DNA of 63,423 bases, the filler included, from Sphacelaria rigidula (lineage: Eukaryota): assembly GCA_964200075.2 (NCBI GenBank). It is 11 parts of 11 records of this genome, joined end to end, with 100 filler letters (N's around TTAATTAATTAA, not from the genome) between each part and the next. Parts side by side here need not be neighbours in the genome. Positions count along the whole stretch, not along the records: positions 1 to 5,675 come from CAXNAA020025349.1; positions 5,776 to 11,450 come from CAXNAA020025350.1; positions 11,551 to 17,225 come from CAXNAA020025351.1; 8 more parts are not named here. One strand, 5' to 3'. Positions 1 through 12,728 of the stretch are shown in pieces; the stretch's first letter is position 1; every line of letters begins with the position of its first letter. The position numbers and the translations under genes were made by a program. The notes under the pieces are model-generated. The model was not told the origin of the DNA and ran no database searches. It saw only the letters and a program-made list of their open reading frames with translations.

Positions 1-872
1 CGGTGTTGGTAGTCGATCTGGACCACGCGTGTACTTTTTTCAAGTGAATATTGATGCCGATTCAGCAGGTGACCTACTCTCGCGGTCTGGCGGTCAAGTC
101 CTCCTGCGGAGTTTGGGGGGGGGAGGATACTTTCGCTCTGTGTTACTCTTTCGTATCTTCCCTGCAATAGAAAAATGCGACCTCAGCCCCATTTTAGTTT
201 TGAACCCCAAATTTTAAAACCGGCTGTTATTTTGGCCTCAAAATTACAGCAAATGATGCCAATTCAATGAAAAAAGAGCTAACGGGTTGCATCACGTCAA
301 CACTCCATATCCAAAAGTTGCAGCGAGATTTTTCGGTGAATAACGCTTCTACTCTGAGATAATACGATTCTGACCTCGTGGGTTTTCATTGCTCGTTTCC
401 ATCTTTCAAGCTGACATGTTGATCGCTTAACCCTTTGACCGCGAGGGTAAGTCACCAGCTTAATCGGCATCAATGTTCACTCGAAATACGTATGCATTTC
501 CAGATGAACTGCCCGCACCGCGGTCTGGGGGTTAACCGCGACTATACGCGACCTCAGACACGCACTAACATTTTCATCGAACTTGATACCCATTCAAACT
601 CGTGACGTACAAACCTCCGTGAACCGGCCAAGTCCTGCTCTTATCCTGGACCCGACCCGGTCATGTTTTCGACGTCAAGTCGTTCCGATTTGAAGTTCTC
701 TTGCGCAGAGTTGCGTATTCACCGTTATTTCCTCAAACAGATTTTACACGTGCACATCAACCGTCTCAACCCTCAGACGGCGAGAGTAAGTCATATGTTG
801 AATCGGCATCACTTTCAAGTGAAAATTCTATGCATGGCCCAGTTGGACTACTATCGCGGGCTAAGGATTATG
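1..872. mobile_element. Three dispersed copies of a ~105-bp TTAA-flanked piggyBac-like MITE (1-87 partial, 427-535, ~767-872)
   Basis: 427-535 reads TTAA-CCCTTTGACCGCG...CGCGGTCTGGGGG-TTAA; same unit as the array at 54893-55743. Confidence 0.75.
105..236 (+). repeat. Dispersed repeat end, possibly the left TIR of a large element
   Basis: 173-236 is an imperfect reverse complement of 5613-5675; 105-200 also matches ~62595-62700 on the minus strand. Confidence 0.6.
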
Positions 873-1379
873 TCCGGTTTCGGAACGACTCTACCCGTTC
901 GCCATCGAATGTAGGCACTGCGGTCATATTTTACTCTCGTCGGTACCAGCCTTGTCTTTCTTTCTTTCTTTCGACATGCCTCAGTGCAATCTTCAGCCTG
1001 CACGCTTGTTCACGTCTCTTCGTTCCTTTACCTTCCCCTTGTCTACCTTCTTTATACCGTGCTGCGTTCCAAAACCAGATGCGTTGATTCGCCGTGTTCT
1101 GGGTATGTTCTCTGGTGTTCGCGATAGCAGCGAGGTGGCTGGTGTGTTGTGTGTTGTCGGGAGGACGGTTACACGCTACACCTCACGCCTGTTGGCCAAT
1201 AGTATCTCCTATTGAAAGTCCAAATCGAGCGAAACGCAACCATCGGACGTTTTGGACTGACTTTGGACTTCGGGGGAATCACAAAGTCCAAGTCCTGACC
1301 CGAATTTGGTCCGCGCAAATACCGTATTGTCGCGGTTGGGGATTTTTATTCCATGTTTTCATTCATTCGATTGGTTGTG

Positions 1380-1846
1380 ATTTGATGCCATATTCTCCCA
1401 AAATCACTCTAACGAAAAATAATCTTCTGGGAATTAATGTTCGTGAGAGCGATGGACATTTGCGTGAGAATGCGAAGAGCAACGTCACATGGTTGCAAGG
1501 CGTGGGCTGTTGGGCTCTTCATAAGACAGATGGTTGGGTTCCCGTCACCAGCAGCTTTAGGGTCCGTTTTATCGAGTCCAAAAATGTGGGAACGCGACGT
1601 GATAGTGAAAGTGATTATGACGGGTGGGTATTTTTTTCCCCATGATTCCGATAGGATGTGAGTTGATGCCACATTCTCATCTCCCCCAAAATCACTCTCG
1701 CCAAATTTAATCTTTATGTATTCAATTTTCGTGAGAGCGGAGGAACGTTCGCGTGAGAATGCGAAGAAGAACATGACATGATTGGAAGGAGTGGGCTGTT
1801 GAGCTCTTCACGGGATAGACAGTTGGGATCCCGTCATTAGCAGTAG
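1380..1846. repeat. Direct duplication with ~280-bp period
   Basis: ttgatgcca..ttctc..cccaaaatcactct...cgtgagaatgcgaag...gggctgtt...cccgtca occurs at ~1382-1556 and ~1663-1846. Confidence 0.8.
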
Positions 1847-1861
1847 TCACGCTGGGTTCAC

Positions 1862-2635
1862 CCCATCACCAGCAGTAGCCACGCGTGGGAGACATATACA
1901 CTCCACGTGCACAGCTCCCCCAGAGAGATACGCACAGCTATTTCTCCCAGAACCTCGCCGAGTAAGCGAGAATGGACCCATCGACGGGTAGTACGTACCA
2001 GCGCTGTCCAGCATAGTGGCCATTACTCGTAAGGTGCGTGGGTGTTGTCGCACGGTCGAAACGCGGACCGTCTATGACAAAGAGCAGCAGCAGCAGCTGC
2101 AGCATCGGTACCAGCTGATTCAAAAGCACCCCCAGCCGTACACATTCACTGGCAATAAAGATGCTGCTGCTGCTACTGCTGCTTCTTCTTCTCGTGCGGA
2201 AGGTCGTCCGCGTTTCGACGTGCGACAATACCCATCCACCTGGCGCGTTATTTTCTCCTCCCCACTTGAGATCGATTATGATATGTTTGCGTGTTGTTGC
2301 CCTCATGTTGTATCAGTATACTGTAGCATTTCGGTACAAGTACATTTCACTTGTTTTCCCCTGTATTGGACGCTGGGTATATTCTTTCAACGCCATCACC
2401 AGCAGTAGCCACGCGTGCGAGACACACCCGATGTGTACACCTCGCACAGAGAGACGTACACAGCTGAATCTTCTAGCACTTAGCCTGGTGAGGAAGCATT
2501 GACTTATCAGCGGGCAGTACGGATCAGCGCTTTCCGGCATGGTGGCCATCACGCGCAAGGTGCGTGGGCGTTGTAGCACGATTGAAACACGCACCGTTTC
2601 TCGGATGAGGAAAAATGGCAGCAGCAGCAGCAGTC

Positions 2636-2678
<43 letters not shown>

Positions 2679-3650
2679 TCGGCCTCGACTGACTCAGACC
2701 CACCCCTAGCCGTACACATTTACTGGCAATAAAGATGCTGCTGCTGCTGCTGCTGCTGCTTGTGCGGGAGGCGGTCCGCGTTTCGACGTGCGACAGTACC
2801 CATGACCTGACGCGTTATTGCCCCCCTCCTACGGTATCATTTCAAGTAGACTACGATCTGTTTGCGTGTTGTTACCCCCATACAGAGGTAGCAATTTCAG
2901 TACGAGTACATATCACTTGTTTTCCCCTGTATTGGACGCTGGCTTCATTCCCATCACCAGCAGCAGCCACGCGTGCCAGACACACCCGACGTGCACAGCT
3001 CGCACACAGAGATGCGCGCAGCTATATCTCCCAGCACTTAGCCTAGTGAGCAAGCATAGACCCATCGACGGGTAGTACGGACCAGCGCTTTCCAGCACGG
3101 TGGCTATCACGTGAAGGTGCGTGGGCGTTACAGTGATAGCACGATCGAAACGCGGACCGTTTCTCTCACGAGTAAGAACGGCAGCAACAGCAGCAGCAGC
3201 AACAGTAACGGCACCGGCTTATTCAGACTCACCCCCAGCCGCGTACATCTACTGGCAATGACGATGCTGCTGATATTGCTGCTGTTGCTTCTTTTTCTCG
3301 TGCGGAAGGCGGTCCGCGTTTCGACCTGCGACAGTACCCACACCCCCTTGCGTGTGATTGCCGCCCTCCTTGAAGTTGCTGGTCTGTTTGCGTGATGTTT
3401 TACCGTCTCTGTATCACTTGTTTCCCACCCTAGCATATTCGATTAGAAAGGTGTGTGATTTCTCGTGATGATGAAATGGTGAACCGTCACTTCACTATCA
3501 CCATCACGAAATGATTATCATGTTCCTTGTTTGGTTCAAACACGACCTTTGCCATGCTTGCTTCAATTCCATCACCAGCAGTGGCCACACGTCGGGGACA
3601 CACTCCACGTGCACACCGCAGAACGTCGCATCCTTAGTATATCTCTGTCC
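1862..3650. repeat. Tandem repeat of ~530-620-bp units (three full, one partial), each containing a CAG/CTG-armed foldback
   Basis: Unit start ccatcaccagcag(t/c)(a/g)gccac at ~1863, 2393, 2951 and 3569; internal inverted repeat tcgaaacgcggac...gtccgcgtttcga. Confidence 0.85.
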
Positions 3651-4384
3651 TGCATTGATTTCGCGTTGTTCTATGCAGTTCGTCACATCATGAGAGCAGC
3701 CGTTGTATCGCAGCCAAGGTGTACGTAGATAGGATATGAACCTCCTCGCCAATCGCTATATTGCAACATCACATTTTTTTAAGATGTCCGTGTTGCAGCT
3801 ACAGCGTGGGTTTGCCCCAAGTGGCGCACGCAGGAGTGAATGGCCCCTTAGCTGTAATGGCTGCCTGTATCTTGGGCGAAGCTGTATGGTAACACAGCCG
3901 CGGCTGGTGCTCCCACATATACCGGAAGGTGGAGACCGGCGTCCACATTTATGGGACGACAACACACAGAGCACACTCGACGTTACGCGGTACACTTTTC
4001 ACATACATCGTGTTCGTACTGTCTGTAAAACTCTTTTGTCCACGCTTGGGTACATTTTCCACATATAATAGATCGCTCTGCTTCGCATCACACTTCCAAG
4101 TTTCCTATCCTTTGTCACATTGGAATGGAATGGAAACGAGACAGAAGAGACAGACGCCCTCAATGAAGAAAAGCAAGAACGGCATACAAGCAGAAGAAGC
4201 GACGGAAAGAAAGTAGGGGGCATAGATTGACGATGACAATTCTTTCGCGCATCGTACCAGGCAAATTCCAGACATTATCGGTCTAGTCCGAGTGACGTCC
4301 TTCCACGTGCGCAAGGGTACGCAGGAAGGCGGAGCTGAGACCGGAGTCGTCGCTCGGCAAGTTCCCGCTAGGTTATCTCAATTT

Positions 4385-4979
4385 ACTCCCTGGCCACTAC
4401 TTGTAGATCCGTCTTGACGTACACGTACAACACGCGTGTTCCGAAATGCCAATGGGCATCGAACGAGGCAAACGCGCTAGTGCCACCCCCAGTGGTTCAA
4501 TCGTACTTGAGCCATTTCCACTGAAAAGGGAACTGCGTGACGTAGTGGGCGCCCACCCAGATGAGTTACACAACCGAGATCAAGGAGTATTCTACGCCTC
4601 GAGAGAGAGTCTTGGATACGTCGGGAGGGACGCCAACGACTGCGTCGACGGCAGCAGGACTCGACAAAATAATCAGGCGGTCGGGGGCGTTGATAGCCGA
4701 GAAAGGCAGGAAATTCCAAAACCACATGTCCGATGGGATGATCACGCATGAAGGAAAAACTCCCGCCCCGGGGTAAGAAAAGTCAAGACAAGTACTTCCC
4801 AACAACGAATCAATCACGGCGGCCTGCAGAGTTCTACTATTTTTGTGAGGAACCATGAAGATAGCTGGGTCACACGAAGCCGCAGATTGCTCGGGCATTA
4901 TCGTCCGCAGGCTGTGGTCGTCTACGGAGTAAGTAACGTGGCGCCTCCACGAGATCCCTACAGATTCTCGCGTAAGCAA
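4385..4979 (-). pseudogene. Decayed coding region resembling the His-box of a ubiquitin-specific protease (peptidase C19)
   Basis: Reading ORF 4566-4979 through two stops gives VEYSLISVV*LIWVGAHYVTQFPFQWKWLKYD*...RVLYVYVK, similar to the USP pattern Y-x-L-x-x-V-V...G-H-Y...W-x-x-x-D-D...Y-x-L-x-Y. Confidence 0.35.
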
Positions 4980-6542
4980 ATCCAGTTGGAGGTTGCTGGC
5001 GCGTGTCCGGCCAGTTCGCTGGCACGTCGTGAGGCTTACATCCTTGGTAAATGGCTTCGAAGACGCTCGCCGTGTCGCCTATTTGATCACCGCTTCCGGG
5101 TAAACCACCGTCTGACACGACGAAGTCGCGCGCTTCCGCCAGCTTCACCTGGTGAAGGTTAGTGGGCATTTGGGAGAGTTAGACGATACAAGAGAACTAC
5201 GTAGCCGAATCAGTCCCAGGGTGGTTGGATCCAGGAAGTGCGATTTAGTGCAAAATCTACCCTGCCAGTCAGAAACGAAGGGTTGCTCCGGTCGGTCAGA
5301 ATAGAACCGCAGAATTGCATAAGGCCATCTGCAGAAGGCCTTCGGTGCAACTTTCCTAGCTCTGCTGCCTCTTTCGGGCCAAGCACCTTCGATCCATCGA
5401 CTCTTTGGGGCTCTGAGGGCGTGTCTTCGCACGTTCGTTTTCGATTGAAAAATTGATCTCATGGGCCCACCGCATTCACGTTCCTTGAAGGCTTCAACTC
5501 AAAATTTTAAACTAACGGCGCGCGGAGAAGAATGGAACGACGTATAAAACAATCGTTTGAGATTGAAAACATGCGGTCGAAAGGCACGAAGCGGCACTTG
5601 ACTCCTATCCTACAAATAACAGCCGATTTTATATTTTGGGGTTCAAACAAAGTATGGGGCTGAAGTGGCATATCTNNNNNNNNNNNNNNNNNNNNNNNNN
5701 NNNNNNNNNNNNNNNNNNNTTAATTAATTAANNNNNNNNNNNNNNNNNNNNNNNNNNNNNNNNNNNNNNNNNNNNCAATGGTCAAACGGCTAAGGCAAGC
5801 AACACATGAGAACGCCCCTTCCCCTTCCGGGCACTTACCTGTTCGTGACGTGATAGTTTAATTCTCATGTGCACATTGAAGTAATGGAGTGGCCACCTCC
5901 AGGGGGGGGAGGGTCTGGTTCTGCTTAGAAGTTATTCCACATCAACCCCAAGCCAGTATGATCTGATATCATCGAGACTCCGAAGTTCTTGAAATCAGCG
6001 GGGCAAATCCCACTCAGCAATATTCTGTATGTTTCCTTTGTCCAGATGTTGCGAGTATCAAGTCAAAGCCGGAACCCTGACCCAGTACAAAACTCGGTAA
6101 TGAACAATGTTTTTTACATGAGTCAAACCGACGAATGAGGCAAACATGTTTGTGGTCATATAAGATTCTCACAATATATACTACGTGTAGCATCAGATAT
6201 CTGCCGAATCCGTCAGCGAGAGTTGACGTTTTGATGTTTACGTGCTTGTTAGCCACGTGGAGAAAGAGCCATTCGTGCAGCTGAATCGAACAGTGAGGCG
6301 GTACACACATAATACTTGCATACAGATTTATGATTCATTGATATCCGGCCGTGACACTGATGCACAGCGGTTCCCCTGCAATACTGCACGAGACAGGCTT
6401 CATCTACTCTTGCCGTACGTTTCATATACATTTATTGTATCAAATGTATGTATATGTATATATATATACCATGATCGCATACTCGTATTCTCTTCCCATA
6501 ATGTCTTCACGACTTGCTCGCCCATGTTCGCTCTCATTTTAG

Positions 6543-9500
6543 TCCAAGACCAAAATCCACAACTTCCCGCGACGGGCACAATGGAAGACAGCGACACACC
6601 ATTCCTGAGATGCTTATGGTTATGGATCAGCCGAGAATAACTTTCCTGAGGAGCGAAGTGAACAAACGGGAGGGTGGACTTGACAAAGTGGACTTCATCG
6701 TCAGTATGGCAACGTAAGCGTTCATGAGCCTTCGTTCTTCCTGGCGGTATCCTTCCTGTAGAGGCACCTGTGGTCGGTCACTTGTACTCTACTCATCCGT
6801 GGATGCACCGTAAACCTCTGTGCCTGCCCCTCTCGTAATAGATAAGATACACTTTTCCGGGTGTTTAGTTTCGCCTAGACAGCATCTGTCTCATGCGTAC
6901 CACGTGCATTATTCGCATCACGATCGCATTGCTGGTCCACCTCAGCACGGACATCGGCAACATGAGAAGACAGAAGTCGGCTTCTCGTTCTACTCTCTTT
7001 TCCCTGACGAGAATCCAGGTGGAAATCCCTATTAAACCACACTGTTACATGTCCATGAAGTGGATGATGCTGCATATTAAGTTGCTATAGAACTCGTGCC
7101 TAGGTAAGTTGCTTCCGGGCCCAGCACGAATCATGCAAGGATTGCGCGTTGAGCCTTCACCCTCGGTGGCCATGACCTCAAGGGCGTTCACACAAATCCA
7201 TGATGCGCCTGCCGATGCACCTGCCGCCGCAGTTCGCAGCAGAGCAATATGAACCCTGTGCTGTGTTGTCTGTGCTTTCGCGCCAGGTGTATTTTGGGAG
7301 ATATATCCGAGCCGTTCGAGGACATTGAGGAGCTGGACTTGAGGACTGTGGCAGACCTCTGTGAGCTCTTCACTCAGGCAAGAAGCTTGGAGATTACCAT
7401 GACAAAATGCGTTAAATGGTGCACTATTGCCGCGATCTTTTACCATGTCACAGTAGACCTGAACACTAAGCAGGCGAACCCTTCCTATGCGGGTAAGGTA
7501 TGATGAAGAACTGTCATTGATAGCGTTCGACTACCGCTCTATACAACGACACGCGCACGTACATAATCTTTTCTGGGCCGGTATCTCTCTCTCACACACA
7601 CATACTTCCTGGGGAAAGCTCCATTGCTAACTTCCTTGTATATGGAAGACACCCTTGCCCTTGAAATGCTATAGTCGGCACGGTCCACATTCGTTCATTT
7701 TTTACATGAAAACAAGCACCAACAACTCCTCTCCCTTGTCACTGTACGGCGTCTATCTTTGCGCCATCCTACCTGCTACTGTCGAGTGCAGATGGACGTG
7801 AACAACGATGGAACAGTGGATTGGGAAGCGATATCACCATTCATGGTGGAGATGAGGATGAAGGGTTGGGCCAAGAGCGGCTTGGCCAAACCCACCTACT
7901 CTTACGCCGGACCCGTTGACGGCGCGCAACCTACCTCAGCCGCTGATCAGGTGTGTGAGTGTGCGTGCCGCGGCACATTGAGGCCCGTTAGAAGTTTTCT
8001 TCTCAAGAAATTACACCGAACACAGCACCCCGCAAGTAACTTCACGTCGACGCCGTACGCAGCGGCATTCGACTGAAGTATTCCCACCATACATAATCTT
8101 GAATAAGATGGCCATTGAGGCAACTGCAGGTACCCTTTCTCTTTTGTGCAACTGCCATGTCTGAAACACTTTTGCTCGTCCACCCCACTGGGTGTTGGAT
8201 ATGAGCTTGCAGATGAAGTATTTCTCCAGCAACGACACCGTCGCGATACTGGAGCCAAGCGCACCCTTCTTTCGCGTTTACAACGCCGAATCCATGCAGC
8301 TCAGACGACATTATGACATCAAAGTGAGCACTAGAAGTCCAACAGCATGCTTGTACGACGGTCTATCTATAGCGTATAAGGGCGCTGGTCATATTTCGCC
8401 ATGAGAGGGCCGGCTAGGATCAGAGCGTGGATTTTATGTGCATGTATGTGGGGTTCGCCAAAGCCAGTATATTGCCCAAGTGAACCCTGTAGCCGGTCGC
8501 CCCGGTGGCTCAGTTGGTAACCTCGAAACGTTCTGACGGTTGGGTCGTGGGTGCGAATCTCGGAGCGATCTGGGATTTTTCTCACACAGTGCCCAACAGT
8601 GGAGAGCGAATATGTCGCGGGTACACAAAATTCGACTGAACGGTCGACGAGGGAAAGGGGCAGCTGAACCCCTGTCGCGATAAAAAGTAAAGGCAAGTAC
8701 AGCAGAAGGGGGAGGAGGGGTAGAAGTAAAAACATACAAAAAAAAATCCCGTGTTGGCCTTTCTCCTGTGTGACCCCGGCTGGTGCGCCCTCAAATACCG
8801 AAAGGTGTAGACTGGTGTCCAGAATAGATGGAATGACAACACACACGCACACCCTGAAGGCGGAATATCTTGCGAAAAATCCCCATGAACACACAAACCA
8901 GGAAGTTTGTATTGTGTTCCTTCCCATCATGTGTGGGACGTATTTCGATTGGCCAATCAGAACTCTCCATGGCCGAGATATGAATCTGCGCTGGGAAATT
9001 TGTTCAGACTTCCTCTTCGGTAGGCTTTCTCGTACCGCAACTCAATTTCTCAACCACGTGTACTGTATGTTATGCAATGGTGCGATTGTTTACACGGCTG
9101 TAAACGCGTCAAACCGCAACAGAACGCCGGCGGCAGCGCACGGGCGTTGTGTTACAGCAGCGGTACCGGACACTATGTTCTCGCGACGTCGAGATCTCAA
9201 GTGTGCTTATACGAGGACAGCAGCGACCACGCATGGAAAACCTTCCGTTCGCCCAGCACTGCGGTAGGAAAACTTGTTTCTGAGATGGCTTTGGTCTGGT
9301 GATCGATATAGTACTTTCTTGAAATTCTTCGCGCGGATAGTGTCATCAAAGGGCGGACAGGCTTCAGGCTTTGCTAGTTTATTTCCCTCTTACTCTCCTA
9401 AGCAGCGCCTCTATTCACCCACGGCACGAGTGCTGCGGAAACAAACCATATTTACGGAATACCTGTGTTTCTAAGCCCTTTCCCCCTGCAGTCTTCCATC

Positions 9501-10202
9501 GATTTCTCATTGACGGCAAACAGCAAGAGATCGAATCAAGCGTAGGATGACGGCTCTGTTGCTATGCGCAACGCACGCCTATCTTCTCAACCGATTTCTG
9601 CAGGAGTGTGTGCGACCAAAGATTCCGCAGAAACTGGGAGCAATTTCACTTTCGATGTCCTCACCACAATTTCTTCTCTTGTGCTGTGTTTTGTCCATTC
9701 ATCCGGTGCTTCGGTCGTGTTCTCTGGTCCTACTGCCGTGGATCGGGGAAGATATGCATTGCTGCGGCCAAACATCACAACCTCCTCGTAGCCGGCGATG
9801 CGATGGGAAACGCTTTTTTGTGGAATATTGATGACATTCAGGGGGCCAACACCGATCATGGCGAGGTCCCTCCACACTCGGTCTTCGGTGGGATATTCCA
9901 TACCAAGAGGTGCGTGTAGCATCCGTGGTTGGGTCTGATTCGTCCATCATGTGGAAAGCGGTGCGTGGGAGAGGGATGGGTGCGTGAACGGAAGGTTGAA
10001 CGGACAAATGGAGAGCCCGCTCTTTCAAGACCAGAGGCAGCTGTGAGCGCGCGGGGTACAATGTATATTATCAATAGCATACACGTTGCATTATCTCTCA
10101 AAACGTGAGGTTCGTGCTGGGACCGGCCCAACGCACGCACAAGAGCTTCGGCGCGTAGCATGCATTGATTTTCACACGTACAAACGAGGAAACCACGATA
10201 CG

Positions 10203-10277
<75 letters not shown>

Positions 10278-11204
10278 GGACGGGCGGACGGACGGGCAGT
10301 ACGGTAGTAAAAAGCACGAGAGGTACGCACCGCGTCAATCGAATTTTTCTGCAATGCTCTCTTCTCTTTGCGCTCGTACACCATGCCTTTATATTTCCCC
10401 CGCCCCATTCCACGCTCTATACTCAATGGCTAAACCGTTCGCTGAGCCATGATGCTTCAGGCAGACCTGCATGGACACTGGAGACACGTCGCCGATCGTG
10501 GACGGTGGACACGCAGACTCGGTCTTGGCTATTCTTCCCCTGGCCGGTATGATAACAAAGTAACGGAAGGATCGTTACCGGCTGGTTCACAATCCACAAT
10601 CCACGAGAACTAGACTCGATGGAGAGGCGCGCGGGGAGGGAGGGGAGGGGCGGAGGGGGGGGGGAGGGGGGTACTGCATGGAAGCAGGATGTGGGAACCG
10701 AGTTGAGTACGTAGGTGATCTTCAGACTATTTCCTGCGGAATTTTCCCGTCAGGAAGAGCAAGTTCCTCTTACTGGGTGCCACACTGTACAATAACGCGC
10801 GTGATGGGACGCCTAGTTGGTAAGATGGGCGTTGAAGAGGACTAGTGACTCTGTGCCATTCTCAAACCCAGATAGTATTGGTCGCGGAGAGATTCATCAC
10901 CCTTCATGAGGTTGAATCACCCAGCTTGACCATCAAAGGCAAAACTACACCGAAGCGCAAGATTTGAACCATTGAAGTGCAGTGCAGCATCTTTGCTCGT
11001 GGCCGTGAAGAGGAGTGTCAACTGTCGACTGTTTTTTTTCCGACACCAACAAAATCGTGACACCAGCCAACAACAATCGCGCGACCCAAACCACCCACTT
11101 CCGCAGACACGGGTGTCGTGGCCTCTTGCGGGATGGACCGCACCATTAAGCTGTGGGATCTGTACACTCTGGAACTGAAGAACACCATGCTAGGGCACCC
11201 CAAA
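6543..11204 (+). CDS. Partial EF-hand + WD40 repeat protein (WDR49/WDR64/EFCAB8-like); exons 6543-6713, 7287-7377, 7792-7950, 8213-8323, 9123-9263, 9752-9909, 10461-10546, 11107-11204
   Basis: All intron phases are compatible. EF-hand LFTQ|MDVNNDGTVDWE; WD motifs LVAGDAMGNAFLWN and GHADSVLAILPLA|DTGVVASCGMDRTIKLWD...GHPK. The gene runs off the contig. Confidence 0.88.
8493..8850 (+). mobile_element. Full-length tRNA-derived SINE (~355 bp) in an intron
   Basis: A-box GTGGCTCAGTTGG, B-box-like GGTGCGAATC, conserved body and (AC)n tail; homologous to 53913-54268. Confidence 0.85.
10206..10277. repeat. (GACA)n microsatellite
   Basis: About 18 perfect units. Confidence 0.97.
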
Positions 11205-11380
11205 GTAATCTCTAAGCTTCGGAGTCTGGCGTAAGCACCTGGTGGAGCTTGTGCCACTGATGATGTACATGCAAGTTGCGTTTACTTGCCTGATACTTGG
11301 GCATCTACCGATGTCGATTGTCTGGGTGCAACGTCACTCATTCAAGGTTCCTGCTGTCGGTGGCTAATAGACTCATTCAC

Positions 11381-11450
11381 TGGGGAGGGGCGGGGGGTGT
11401 ACTCATGATCATGCTTGCCATAGTCATCAGACCATTGACCTCGCATCCCT
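11381..11450 (-). mobile_element. Poly(C)-tailed retroposon 3' end, family A (cut by contig end)
   Basis: G-run + TGTACTCATGATCATGCTTGCCATAGTCATCAGACCATTGACCTCGCATCCCT. Confidence 0.8.
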
Positions 11451-12120
11451 NNNNNNNNNNNNNNNNNNNNNNNNNNNNNNNNNNNNNNNNNNNNTTAATT
11501 AATTAANNNNNNNNNNNNNNNNNNNNNNNNNNNNNNNNNNNNNNNNNNNNAGTGACAGGCAAACCCCCTCCGGGCGAGAGGGTGGTGCGGATGAAGTCGA
11601 GCGGGTGCTGCAAGCAGAGCTCAAGTACTGTCCGGGAATCAACGGTGGGTCTTGGGGACCCAACCTAGACCGCACGGAACAGACCTGCTGATAGCGTCGC
11701 ACGAATCGAAGGGAATATGATAGAAGTCAAACTCCTTTCTACTGAAAACGAAACTCGGACGTCAGGCGAAATGCCATAGTCAGACCAGGGCAACACATGT
11801 CTCGTCGGCTTTGTTCGAACATATCCTAGAACAGGGTAGGCAGGGCAGGGGTGATGGAGGGGGTAGGAAATGCTGCAGCAAAGCGACTACAGGCATAACT
11901 CATCCGCAGGTTGCCCCCATATATTCGTCGGTGGCAGGTGAGGAAGGGGTTATAGTACCGGGGCATGTTTTTTTTTTGCAGTTTTGTTGTTTACTGTCCT
12001 CCCGAAAAACTGGGTTTCCCCCCACTTCTCCCAAGTAACGGTAGTTGAAAAAAACAAACTAGACGCTAGATTTTCGGAGTAACCTATGGTCAGCTTTGAG
12101 TTCATCATCTCCGGATCTGG

Positions 12121-12226
12121 TTGAGCCTTTGGCGGCGAGCATGGGTCGTCTGTTGAACCGGCACCACTTTCACTCGAAAAAGGTATTCATGACTCCCATG
12201 GAAGACCCTCGCGGGCAAGGGGTTGA
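12121..12226. mobile_element. Degenerate copy of the ~105-bp piggyBac-like MITE
   Basis: ttgagcctttggcggcgag...tttcactcgaaaaaggta...cgcgggcaaggggttga aligns to the array unit. Confidence 0.6.
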
Positions 12227-12728
12227 GAAACTTTGGAACCTTCTCTCACATTTTTCGGAAGTTTTTTCGCTGAGGCTCATTATTATCGACACCGCTTCTT
12301 CGGTGATATCGGAATGTTTCGGACTTTGAAACCAGAATATTGCGGGGGGGGGGGACCCCGTCAATAATGCTCCGAATTCGGCAGATGTAAGTGCTGTAAG
12401 CCCCTAATTCGAATCATCACTGCAGATTGTGTCGTACGAAATGGGTCTAAGGCCAGTGTTATCGACACTGTTTTTTCCCAGGGATATCAGATTTTTTCAG
12501 AGGTTTCGGACTCGGCGTCAAGACTTCTCCGAGAATGAAGCGGCTTGATTCCTTCTCCGAAGCTTTATTTTTGGACAAGGCCGACAAATTCGAACTGCAG
12601 CTCAGCCCTTCGGACAGCTGCCCTGCGAATACACCGTGGCACTCGCAAGCATTCGGGAGCCATCAGGTACCTTGCCAATCTCGACACTTTCGGACCTCTC
12701 CGAAAAAACAATCTCGACAATAATGAGC

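Noticed and set aside
8493..8570. Functional tRNA gene
   Set aside because: It has A/B boxes but no convincing cloverleaf, and it is attached to the same downstream body in several copies, so it is a SINE head.
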